DNA of 64,000 bases from an uncultured virus (IMG/VR IMGVR_UViG_2519103125_000002) (IMGVR_UViG_2519103125_000002:1-64000), one strand, 5' to 3'. Shown: positions 1 to 9,075, counted from the stretch's first letter. Notes: generated by a model not told the origin, from the letters alone. Made by a program: numbers and translations.

Positions 1-140
1 GAAGAAAAAGCTAAACAAGAAGAACAGCAACGTCAAGAAGCTGAGACGCAACGACAGGCTGAAGAAAAAGCTAAACAAGAAGAACAGCAACGTCAAGAAG
101 CTGAGACGCAACGACAGGCTGAAGAAAAAGCGAAGCAAGA
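1..140 (+). repeat. 60-bp coding tandem repeat (2 perfect copies plus a partial third)
   Basis: Bases 1-60 are identical to 61-120. Confidence 0.95.
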
Positions 141-402
141 ACAACAACGTCAAAAGCAGGAACAAGTGCAAAAACAAAGAGAAGTAAATCAAAAGAAGAC
201 AGAGAAAGAAGCACGTGAGGAACAAGAAAGTTTAGAGTATGCAAAAAGGAGAGCTCAATCATTTGAGGATAAAGAACGAGAAAAAATGAGTTGTGATGAA
301 GCGAAAAATGTTCTTGAACAATTAAAGAATGGCGAACAGAATCCAGCAACAAAAGAGCATATTATTAAGTATCAAGAAAAAGTAAATATGTGTAGCAAGT
401 AA
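1..402 (+). CDS. C-terminal part of a Q/E/K-rich coiled-coil repeat protein (5' end outside window)
   Basis: Frame is open from base 1 (EEKAKQEEQQRQEAETQRQA repeats) into the 166..402 ORF; resembles the linker of lipoprotein 61248..61847. Confidence 0.75.
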   Translation, partial: EEKAKQEEQQRQEAETQRQAEEKAKQEEQQRQEAETQRQAEEKAKQEQQRQKQEQVQKQREVNQKKTEKEAREEQESLEYAKRRAQSFEDKEREKMSCDEAKNVLEQLKNGEQNPATKEHIIKYQEKVNMCSK

Positions 403-430
403 CAAAATAACTTAACATAGTAAAACACCA

Positions 431-504
431 TTTGGATGGGCGTCCAATACATATTATTAAAATTAAAGTGGTTCAAGTCGGAAGGCACCTTAGGGTGTCT
501 TTTC
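431..504 (+). repeat. Multicopy ~80-nt intergenic element (putative sRNA ending in a terminator), copy A
   Basis: TTGGATGGGCGTCCAATACATATTATTAAAATTAAAGTGGTTCAAGTCGGAAGGCACCTTAGGGTGTCTTTT; near-identical copies at 1260, 58969 and 63742, partial at 5771. Confidence 0.85.
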
Positions 505-587
505 TTTATGAATAAGAGATAGATAGGAAAAATAAATTATAGGACAGTGATATAGTCTAAAACTTCTAAACTATCTTTTTATTTCCT

Positions 588-631
588 TTCGACATAATAT
601 GACAATATAAAGATATTTAATTTGTTATTAT
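588..631 (+). promoter_or_regulatory. Tandem Spo0A-box-like motif plus extended -10 promoter
   Basis: TTCGACA-taa-TATGACA, then 21 nt to (TG)n-TATTAT; same motif at 56869, 59050, 61160, 61890. Confidence 0.65.
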
Positions 632-673
632 TAACGTGGCAATCTTACATTTTACATAATTGGAGGAACAAAC

Positions 674-1192
674 GTGGGAAAAATATTTAAGTTTGGATGC
701 CTAGGCATTATAGCTTTATTTGTAATCGGAATAATTGCTATGGTTGCTGGTGGTGGAGATTCAACAGAAAAAACTTCAACAGACACTAAAGCGGTATCAA
801 AAGAAGGTGTATCTTCTGATGTGAAAATCTCTGTAGGATCTATGGAAACAGTAGATTCTGTGGGTAATGAATACTCAAAAGAACAAGCACAAGGTGTCTT
901 TAAAATTTTAGAAGTTACACTTACTAATAATCAAAAAGACGCTATCACTGTTGATACTAACAGCTTTAAATTGGTAGATAACAAAGGTCGTGAATTCACA
1001 TCTTCAGTACAAGGTCAAACATCTTTTGACTTAGCTAACGGTGGAAAAACTGACTTCTTCTTAAAACAATTAAATCCTGGTCTAACACAGACAGGGAAAA
1101 TTGTATTTGATATACCAAAAGATGCTGAAGGACTTTTCTTAAAAGCTAGTGGCGGTATGACAGGTAAAGAAATTAATTTAAAAGTAGAATAG
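674..1192 (+). CDS. DUF4352-family membrane-anchored protein
   Basis: N-terminal TM segment; motifs FKLVDNKGREF and LNPGLTQTGKIVFDIP; GGAGG RBS. Confidence 0.8.
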   Translation: MGKIFKFGCLGIIALFVIGIIAMVAGGGDSTEKTSTDTKAVSKEGVSSDVKISVGSMETVDSVGNEYSKEQAQGVFKILEVTLTNNQKDAITVDTNSFKLVDNKGREFTSSVQGQTSFDLANGGKTDFFLKQLNPGLTQTGKIVFDIPKDAEGLFLKASGGMTGKEINLKVE

Positions 1193-1259
1193 GAAAAAGG
1201 TACTCGAAAGAGTGCCTTTTTTCTTCACAACTGGTATTACTTAATGTAGTAAAATAATA

Positions 1260-1339
1260 TTTGGATAGGAGTCCAATACATATTATTAAAATTAAAGTGG
1301 TTCAAGTCGGAGGAAGGCGCCTTAGGGTGTCTTTTTTTT
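1260..1339 (+). repeat. Multicopy ~80-nt element, copy B
   Basis: Near-identical to 431..504 and 63742..63817; preceded by TAAAAT -10-like box. Confidence 0.85.
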
Positions 1340-1489
1340 ATAAAAAAGGACTCTAAAACGCCTTAAATTAGTAAACTTCAATATTACTCTTTTTTATTAT
1401 TCTGTTCTAACTTAATATATTAATATTAAGTTAGAAAATGTTATAATTAGTAAATAATTATATTAATTAGATGGAGAGGATACAATATT

Positions 1490-2050
1490 ATGGGTTATAA
1501 ATTTCGTAGAATTATCCAGTTTTCTCCGGGTGTGAAAATTAACTTTACATACACAGGTATGGGAGGGAACTCTATTTCACCTGAATCAAGAACAACAACT
1601 TATGTACCTGGAACTGGAATCTCGTATACACCACGAATAGCTGAGTCAAACAATTATTATATACAACGAGGATATCAAGGACCAAACACTTCCTATCCCA
1701 CTATGGATGAACAAGATTGCAATACGGTAAATGTATTTGAGCCAGTAAAAGAAACCCAAACTTACCTTGTTACTGCTTTTCGTAAAAAGGATAATCAAGT
1801 AAACTCCGTAGGTAGAAAACTAATGAAACCACTTTCCATAATTACAGGCGTTTTTGCGGGCCTATTCTTAATTATGATGCTTATTATACCTGCTCTAATC
1901 ATGGCATTCTTTTCTTTCCTATGCTATAAAAATATAAAAACACCATTTGCAGTTGTATGCCCAGAATGTGATGCTGAGAATTTATTCATTTTTGAGGAAG
2001 AGAAGATTACTTGTCGTAAATGTGAAAGTACTCTTATAATCCAAAAATAA
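1490..2050 (+). CDS. DUF4236-like membrane protein with C-terminal zinc ribbon
   Basis: N-terminal MGYKFRR..PGVKINF...VPGTGISY; TM segment; CPEC..CRKC. Confidence 0.7.
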   Translation: MGYKFRRIIQFSPGVKINFTYTGMGGNSISPESRTTTYVPGTGISYTPRIAESNNYYIQRGYQGPNTSYPTMDEQDCNTVNVFEPVKETQTYLVTAFRKKDNQVNSVGRKLMKPLSIITGVFAGLFLIMMLIIPALIMAFFSFLCYKNIKTPFAVVCPECDAENLFIFEEEKITCRKCESTLIIQK

Positions 2051-2132
2051 ATAGTTCTCAAATTAAAGGCTTTTTTAGTAGACAAAACAGTGTAAATCTA
2101 ATTATAAATATAAACAGATAATAGAGAGGCAA

Positions 2133-2342
2133 GTGAATATCATCATTAATTTTGAAGCGTTTAATCCAACTATAAACGACTTAGCTATTAAACTTGCTAT
2201 GGTACTGTTTATACCGTTATTCTTAGCATTGATTGTCAAAGTGATACTTATGAAATTTATGAAAGAATCGATTGCTGGCAGACTAGCAAGTCTATCTTTG
2301 TTATTTTTTATGTACTATGTATTTAAATTTGTTACAGCTTAA
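2133..2342 (+). CDS. Small two-TM membrane protein
   Basis: Hydrophobic 69-aa ORF with GAGG RBS and downstream terminator. Confidence 0.65.
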   Translation: MNIIINFEAFNPTINDLAIKLAMVLFIPLFLALIVKVILMKFMKESIAGRLASLSLLFFMYYVFKFVTA

Positions 2343-2507
2343 AAGGCACCTTATGGTGTTTTTTTATGTATTAAAAGACCTACCTATTTCCCTAGGTAGG
2401 CCTTTTGTGACTTTGTATTTACAAACGATGATATTATGACAAAACCCCATAATCCTCAAACTCTCTAATCGTTCTTCTTCAATACACTTAAACTGGTTCT
2501 ATGTATA

Positions 2508-2924
2508 CTAGTCTAAAGTACGAGCAGCTGCATAGAATGATCCAGAACCACCATTTCTGTGAGTAACTTTAAGCTTATATTTACCTTTTGGAAGAGTATT
2601 GTACGTATTTGTAAAACCCTTTCCTGCTGCTAACGATCCAGAACCAATAACATTACCTTTTGAGTCTTTTAAAGACCAATCAAGTGTACCTTTAGTATTG
2701 TTTGTCATATGAACTCTCATATCTGCTTTTTTTACATGCTCGAAAGGTACTTCTCTTTCACCATTCATCAGACTGAAATCATCTCTAAGTATTTGGGTAC
2801 GTTGGACAATTGGTGCAGAATTTTTAGTATTATCTACACCTTCTGTACTTGCTGATGCTGCTCCAATCCCTCCAGTTAATGCGATACCAGTTGCTAATGC
2901 TCCAACTACTAATTTCTTAAACAT
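2508..2924 (-). CDS. Secreted protein, MFKKLVVGALA signal-peptide family (paralog 1)
   Basis: Sec signal peptide ending ASA, shared with 5884..6231 and 13423..13857. Confidence 0.8.
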   Translation of the reverse strand: MFKKLVVGALATGIALTGGIGAASASTEGVDNTKNSAPIVQRTQILRDDFSLMNGEREVPFEHVKKADMRVHMTNNTKGTLDWSLKDSKGNVIGSGSLAAGKGFTNTYNTLPKGKYKLKVTHRNGGSGSFYAAARTLD

Positions 2925-3327
2925 AATAAATCCCCCTTAAATATTTTTTATAACTTGCACCTTAAATGTATCACTTTTGTAACTTTTGTAAATATTTTCA
3001 ATTTATATAAATATTTATTTAATTATTAACAATATTGGGATTGCATTTTATCAAATAGAAAATAAAGGGATTTGAAGAGGTATGTAAAAATGCATAATAA
3101 ATCAAGCAAATATCATGATATACTCTCAAAGAGCTGATACAAAATTTCTTTAGATTGGAAAACTAAAGTCTTATCTACCTAAAAGGAAGGCGCCCTATGG
3201 CGTCTTTTTTCCATTTTCAAATGGACATGCTCAATTAATTCTTAAAAACATAAGGTAAAGTGAACCCATTAAAATCCATGGAATGAACCCTAGTTTTACC
3301 CTCTAATCTAAAGGAGGCACCATTGTT

Positions 3328-3438
3328 ATGGGATATGGTGGTAGTTGCGGCGAAGGCTGCGGTTTCGCTGGAGGATTCGCTTTATTAGTTGTATTGTTTA
3401 TTTTATTAATCATTATCGGATGCAGTTGCTTCTGCTAA
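3328..3438 (+). CDS. YjcZ/SscA-family small sporulation protein (36 aa; not in ORF track)
   Basis: MGYGGSCGEGCGFAGGFALLVVLFILLIIIGCSCFC; AAGGAGG RBS; family motif FALLVVLFILLII. Confidence 0.9.
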   Translation: MGYGGSCGEGCGFAGGFALLVVLFILLIIIGCSCFC

Positions 3439-3572
3439 AAAAACTATTGGAAAAGACACTCATATATGGGTGTCTTTTTGTATTTATAACCTTTTTTAGG
3501 AATTTTTTGAAATATCATACAAAATAATATATCATTATATTGTAATTATATTAATGTTTAGGGGGATTTTTA

Positions 3573-4049
3573 ATGAAATTAGGAAAATTAGTACTAGTCG
3601 GAGCTTTAGCTTTAGGTGGATTTACAGGGTTAGCAACATTGAACGCAAAGCCAGCGGCAGCAGCAGAAAATGTACAGAAAGCACCAGCGGTTGACAACTG
3701 GCCTTTCAAAACCCTCTATGAATTAGCAAAAGGTACAACTGCATTACCAGATTTTTGGATTAATCAGTTCAAACCTGCTTATTACACAGGTGATACATTA
3801 ACATTTAGTACGAATTGGGGAGACCAAGCATCTGGGAACGCATTAAAAATTTATCGTGTATTAGATGATAAGGAATTGACGTTAGCTCGCTATCAAACAC
3901 TTTATCCTAACAAAGATTGGAATGGAACTGAGTGGAGAGCTGCATATAGAACACCTATCACTTCTGTTTACGAGAATGGTAGCTATATTGCAGTTTTAGA
4001 TGTTGATGGCACTTACTATCGTAGCCAGGTCTTCACAATCAATCAATAG
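3573..4049 (+). CDS. Secreted protein, probably DUF5065 family
   Basis: Signal peptide MKLGKLVLVGALALGGF; paralog of 4282..4725. Confidence 0.7.
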   Translation: MKLGKLVLVGALALGGFTGLATLNAKPAAAAENVQKAPAVDNWPFKTLYELAKGTTALPDFWINQFKPAYYTGDTLTFSTNWGDQASGNALKIYRVLDDKELTLARYQTLYPNKDWNGTEWRAAYRTPITSVYENGSYIAVLDVDGTYYRSQVFTINQ

Positions 4050-4281
4050 TAATACCGTCCTAAGCAAGACGGTATAAACTGCTTACCTTCATCTTAGATA
4101 CTACAGTGATGATTTCATACATAAAATACAATTATCAATTCGGAGGAAGGCACTGTTTGGGTGCCTTTTTATTTATGGATTTTTAAGGAAAATATTTGAA
4201 ATATAATACATCTAATTATATTATTATGTGTGTATGATTTCTGTTTTTAAAAATTACAAAAATTAATAGGGGGAAACCATA

Positions 4282-4725
4282 ATGAAGTTAGGAAAATTAG
4301 CATTAATTGGTGCGTTAACTTTTAGCGGTTTTACTGCAATAGAAATGAGTAAGCCTACCTCACAAGCAGCTGCAGCTTACTCAGATCCACTTAATGATGA
4401 TTGGGGATTTAAAACCATTGTGGATTTACAAAATTCAGAGGAAAGTACATATCAACCAGATTGGAAGATTAAGAATTTAATAACTGGTGATACATTTTAC
4501 TTAACACAGCACTTTGGTAGAGAACATTTTGGTGCGCAAATGAAAATTTTTAAAATCCACACAAATGGTACCCTAGAACGATTCCAAACAATAGAACCAG
4601 AATTTATTCCTGGAACAGAAATTTGGCAAACCCCTATCACAGATAGCTATACAAGCGGTACTTATGTCGCTGCAATTAAATATCGTGGTGAATTCACGTA
4701 TTCAAATCAATTTACAATCAATTAA
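4282..4725 (+). CDS. Secreted protein, probably DUF5065 family (paralog)
   Basis: Shares signal peptide, W.FKT, TGDT, TPIT..Y..G.Y.A and FTIN motifs with 3573..4049. Confidence 0.7.
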   Translation: MKLGKLALIGALTFSGFTAIEMSKPTSQAAAAYSDPLNDDWGFKTIVDLQNSEESTYQPDWKIKNLITGDTFYLTQHFGREHFGAQMKIFKIHTNGTLERFQTIEPEFIPGTEIWQTPITDSYTSGTYVAAIKYRGEFTYSNQFTIN

Positions 4726-4927
4726 GGCTGTAATAAATTGAAAAAAGGCACCTTTGCGTATCTTTTCTTTTGTACATTATATCTATTACGTGCTCATTGA
4801 TTTTTTACGTACGTTTGATATAATTACTGTAGTAGTATTACAGTAATAGCTTGTGTATATAATAAAAGAAGAGATGCGCTAACATCTCTTCTAATAACTG
4901 CTACCGTCAGGGTGGTGGTTATATCAT

Positions 4928-5083
4928 TTATTTTTTACGAAACCCACCCTTTTGCTTTGGACGGCGACGAGGAGTGGGTTTTTTGTTATCTTTTTCTAAA
5001 ATTTGTTTCCTAAAAACATACGCAGAAACTTCACGTACAATGGCTTTCACAAATTCTTTTAGAAGCTCAAACAAAAACTCCAT
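4928..5083 (-). CDS. Small amphipathic/basic peptide (51 aa), putative type I toxin
   Basis: MEFLFELLKEFVKAIVREVSAYVFRK plus K/R-rich tail; AAGGGGGTGA RBS inside a leader hairpin; convergent promoter and hairpins at 4810-4925. Confidence 0.6.
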   Translation of the reverse strand: MEFLFELLKEFVKAIVREVSAYVFRKQILEKDNKKPTPRRRPKQKGGFRKK

Positions 5084-5770
5084 AGGTATATCACCCCCTT
5101 TCCTTCCAAATGGAAAGAAGGGATAACCAATCACCCTCACAATATACAGTTAATCCTATTCTATCATACTAGTACAATCTCACCAATATAAAAAAGACCA
5201 CCATTACTGGCAGCCCTTTTTGGGTAGTTTTAGAAATTAAATTATAACATATTAATATATAAATTATAAATATGTTTTTTTTCAAAGATACTATAAGTTT
5301 TTATAATTCTTGATTTCTAAATTTTCATTACATGATAAATTTCCCTATATGGATTAACAAATAACATTAAAATTATCAATCGATTAGATTATTAGAAAAA
5401 ACTGGTTATCTGTATAAATATTTGGTAAAATATAGATATAATTTAAGAAGGTAAAGTTAGTATAGATTAACTAAGTAATGCTAAGAAAATATTTTATTGC
5501 ATAAAAAAAGGCTCCATTGCTGGAGCAATCAAAATAAACAAACGAATTAAAACAAGAAACAGACAATATAACTATATAGATGAAATATAAATAAATCTAT
5601 ATATATGTAAAAATACATATAAAAACTCTATTTATTGATGCTATAATAAACTTACTCGATGATTGTTATATTTTTTTATGGTTTTTAAGCAATACAATAC
5701 CTTCTTAACACCAAGTGTACAAGTAAAAGAAGACATCTTAATCGATGTCTTCTTTTCTTATATAATAACA

Positions 5771-5825
5771 ACATAATAAAATTAAGATGGCTCAAGCCGG
5801 AGGAAGGCACCTTAGGGTGTCTTTT
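5771..5825 (+). repeat. Multicopy element, 5'-truncated copy C
   Basis: TAAAATTAAGATGGCTCAAGCCGGAGGAAGGCACCTTAGGGTGTCTTTT. Confidence 0.8.
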
Positions 5826-5883
5826 CTTTATGATTTTACACAAATAAAAAAGCCTCGGTATTCGAGGCTTTTTAGTAAAATTT

Positions 5884-6231
5884 TTAGTTTGCACTTCTAC
5901 CTTCATAATGTCCATAGAAACCGCCACCCTTGTCGCTTGTAACACTACGCCCCTTATAGTACCAATTTATTCCTGAATCATAAAAAGAATTGGCAAAAAC
6001 GCCATCTTTCTTAAAGAAATTATTTGTATAAAATTTATCAGTACTAGCGTCGTAGCGGTAATCGAAACCGTATTTAGCTGACGTGCCGCCTGACTTGACA
6101 CCTAAAACGAGCTCTTGTGCGGATTTTTTAGTATTGTCTACACTTACTCCTTCTGTACTTGCTGACGCAGCCGCTCCTCCTGTTAATGCAATACCAGCCG
6201 CTAAAGCTCCAACCACTAATTTCTTGAACAT
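5884..6231 (-). CDS. Secreted LCI-fold antimicrobial-peptide-like protein (signal-peptide family paralog 2)
   Basis: C-terminal DGVFANSFYDSGINWYYKG..GFYGHYE aligns by eye with B. subtilis LCI (NGNFAASFVLDGTKWIFKS..YWVGIYE). Confidence 0.7.
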   Translation of the reverse strand: MFKKLVVGALAAGIALTGGAAASASTEGVSVDNTKKSAQELVLGVKSGGTSAKYGFDYRYDASTDKFYTNNFFKKDGVFANSFYDSGINWYYKGRSVTSDKGGGFYGHYEGRSAN

Positions 6232-6632
6232 AAAAATTCCCCCTTAATAGTTTTTTATAACTTGCACCTTAAACGTATCACTTTTATGATTTTTGTAAAT
6301 ATTTTGAATTTGTAGAAATATTTATTTAAATATTGATAATATTGGTAATATACTTTATCAAATGGAAAATAGAGGAATTTATGATGATATGTAATAATGC
6401 ATGTTCATTCAGCAAAAAATCGTGATAAAATCTAAGCACCTGATCTATTTTTTTCAATTAAAATGGAAACCTTACTTCTTATTTACCCAAATGGGAGGCG
6501 CTTTATAGCGTCTTTTTTTTATTTTCAAAAGACCATGCTCATTTAATCCATAAAAACATAAAGTAATTTGAATCCATTAAAATACATGAGTGACTCCTTA
6601 TTTTTCTCCTACTATTTAAAGGAGGAATTATT

Positions 6633-6743
6633 ATGGGCTTTGGTGGTAGTTGCGGTGGCGGCTGTGGCTTTGCAGGAGGATTTGCTTTATTAGTTGTATT
6701 ATTTATTTTATTAATTATTGTTGGAGCTTCTTGCTTCTGCTAA
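6633..6743 (+). CDS. YjcZ/SscA-family small sporulation protein, second copy (36 aa; not in ORF track)
   Basis: MGFGGSCGGGCGFAGGFALLVVLFILLIIVGASCFC; AAGGAGG RBS. Confidence 0.9.
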   Translation: MGFGGSCGGGCGFAGGFALLVVLFILLIIVGASCFC

Positions 6744-6980
6744 AAAACCATTAGAAAAGGCACCCTTATATGGGCGCCTTTTCTTTATGTATATTATTTA
6801 TTATCCAATTCATTGGTTTTATTATAAACACATTTTATTTCTCCAAAATTTCACTATTACTGATAGTCTTTTTAGGTAAATTTAGAGATATTAATTATAT
6901 TATAAAAATATTAGGATAAATAAATTGTTATTATTCTCTTGTAATCTTTATCATCCACCATTTAAAGTTTCTTTAAACTA

Positions 6981-7142
6981 TTACATAACATATGTTTTTT
7001 TGTACCATGCTTTGTTAATGCATTTAACCTTCTTAGATATTGAGGGTTTAGAATTATCCCTTGGTATAGCTATATCATTAGAACATCCTGCGATATTTAA
7101 ACAAAATGTAGCCAATAAAGACAATAATATTAATTTATTCAA
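6981..7142 (-). pseudogene. Truncated lipoprotein gene remnant
   Basis: TTG start, MNKLILLSLLATFCLNIAG|C lipobox, stop after 53 aa. Confidence 0.45.
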
Positions 7143-7296
7143 ATAATCACTTCTAACTCTTTTTTAATTAACATTTTGATATAAAATAAACGTCTCACTA
7201 ATTTTACATTAGATTAAAAGTTGAAAACTATTCTTATAATCATAAAATGTTAAATTTTTGTCCAATGAGATAGTAATACCCCTCCTAAAAACCTGC

Positions 7297-7968
7297 TTAT
7301 TTCCCTAGGTCGGTCTTCTTAAATTCTTCAGCATCATGAAATCCTAAATCGAACGAATACAACGTTTCTAATGTCTCTGAAGCTCCAATATATTTCAAAA
7401 TACTCTCTATATCTTTGTATGATTGAAAATATAAAATTTTTGCTTTTGGTATTTTTCCGTCAGTTTGTAATTTTTTCTTCTTAATACCTAATTCTTCAAA
7501 CATAAAATTATTTAAATGCTCCAAGATATCTTCAGACCCATGAATACGAAAGCGTGGTCTAACATAAATTTTATTTTCAGATCGTTTAACTTTTATCGTG
7601 CCAAGTTCATGCCTCAATAAAACATATTTTTTAATGAATATTTTTTTATTAAACTCACCTTTAGGAAATAACCTAGATTTTCCTCGTATCGGTGTCCAAC
7701 CAAATTCTTTTACCTTTGTAATAAATGGATGGTCACTATTCATAGACATATACCATTCCACATACCCTTTATCTTCACAATATCTTGATCTTGTTTCTTT
7801 CCCAAAGAAATCAGCAAACTTTTTTACTATCACTTGTGACTTATGAGTGAATTGAAAATAATCTCCTGATTCATAACCATTACGCCATACCATACCTAAA
7901 GCCTCTGAAAATACATCTGTTTTAATAAAATCATCTATCCAATTCTTCTCTATAAGATTATTAGTCAT
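7297..7968 (-). CDS. Degenerate two-domain LAGLIDADG-like protein (catalytic acidic residues apparently lost)
   Basis: Helix 1 ALGMVWRNG, GWTPIRGKSRLFP linker, helix 2 FIKKYVLLRHELG, then RPRFRIHGSEDILEHL: LAGLIDADG topology without DADG/DGDG. Confidence 0.55.
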   Translation of the reverse strand: MTNNLIEKNWIDDFIKTDVFSEALGMVWRNGYESGDYFQFTHKSQVIVKKFADFFGKETRSRYCEDKGYVEWYMSMNSDHPFITKVKEFGWTPIRGKSRLFPKGEFNKKIFIKKYVLLRHELGTIKVKRSENKIYVRPRFRIHGSEDILEHLNNFMFEELGIKKKKLQTDGKIPKAKILYFQSYKDIESILKYIGASETLETLYSFDLGFHDAEEFKKTDLGK

Positions 7969-8199
7969 AAAATATTCCCCTTAAATTTTATCCTTCTAAT
8001 CAATTGTAAAATAATACTTTATTTCTATAAACAAGAAATTAACCTTATAAATTTCACGTACTATATCCGATGTGTAAAACCAAATCTTGCAATAAAACCT
8101 ATTCTACCATCCGTCCCCTTATCCTCTAACCAAAAAAGTAGTAAATCCTCTATTTATTCCTCTATCTTAGTGATTCATTCCCCCATGAGTTAAACACTC

Positions 8200-8843
8200 T
8201 CATATTTTTCTGCTTTTCTTCGTAATTAAGCTTGACTGAAGGTCTTGAGGGCTTTTATCATGTGGGAACGATTATGGAATACGGCTGGAAGACAGATTTA
8301 TCCCCTACTTTGAAAGATCACAAAAAAGTAATCGATCAAAATAGATGGATAAGCGTCTTGTTTTCGCCATGCGGTCACTTATAAGGTATCCGTATGTATA
8401 GACCCTGTTCACTCAGCGATTTTCACCGCATACATCCTTTTCCTATGGCTTGTCCTTGTAATATCGTCCCTACACGACAAACTGAATGTACTCCCTAGCA
8501 CCGTAATGCTAACGATAACCACCCGAACCTTTTAGGGATTCGTCCCTAGGCAAGTTCTCGCCCTCCCTCACCAGAAGAACAGGATTCCAATGAGGGGTGC
8601 TGTTTTTGTAGGCGCATACTCTGTACCCCCTGCACGACCAACAGCTAGCCACGCACGTAACACGTTCCTCCTATATGTATAGCAGCACGGAATTACGGCT
8701 TATCAGTTTTTATTTACGTGGTATCAGGCAATTCCACGCGAACAAAAAAACAAAAAGGCATCTCCAATTCCTAAATGGCCTGTAGATCCACAAGACTTCT
8801 AGGTTTAGAGATGCCCGCTATATATCTTTTGACTACAAAAAAT
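8200..8843 (-). ncRNA. Putative large structured non-coding RNA (candidate replication RNA)
   Basis: ORF-free, GC-richer than flanks, about ten stem-loops; extended -10 TGcTAGAAT (TAGAAT at 8847-8852); terminator-like hairpin near 5' end. Confidence 0.5.
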
Positions 8844-8898
8844 ACAATTCTAGCATTTACTAGTTGAATTTTAGTCAAACAATAGATAAAATGGGTAT

Positions 8899-9075
8899 AT
8901 CAAAGAAGCCTCGTGAAAAGGCATAGTTGTTTAAGGTTAGTGGTGGTACACTTCTTAAACGTTAACACTGTGGTTGAATACAGCTAATTTCTAGTCAAGT
9001 GGTGGTACACTTGCTAGAGCAAGTCATTCCCGCTAAAGGTTGGTAGCCGTTAGCATATGGGAGTGGCTTTTTGTT
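8899..9075 (+). ncRNA. Putative multi-hairpin sRNA with repeated (G)UGGUA loops
   Basis: TTGAAT(8864)-17-TAAAAT(8887) promoter; AGTGGTGGTACACT hairpin twice; ends in long stem plus T-tract. Confidence 0.65.

Noticed and set aside
3345..3527. 60-aa ORF MRRRLRFRW
   Set aside because: Shadow frame of the real YjcZ-family gene 3328..3438, which has the RBS
8370..8660. Group II intron (minus-strand GTGCG, and TGTATGCGGTGAAAATCGC resembling domain V)
   Set aside because: No AGC/CGC catalytic triad in register, the domain V-like stem is interrupted by an insertion, and there is no RT ORF or interrupted gene. Distant ancestry cannot be excluded without a covariance search.
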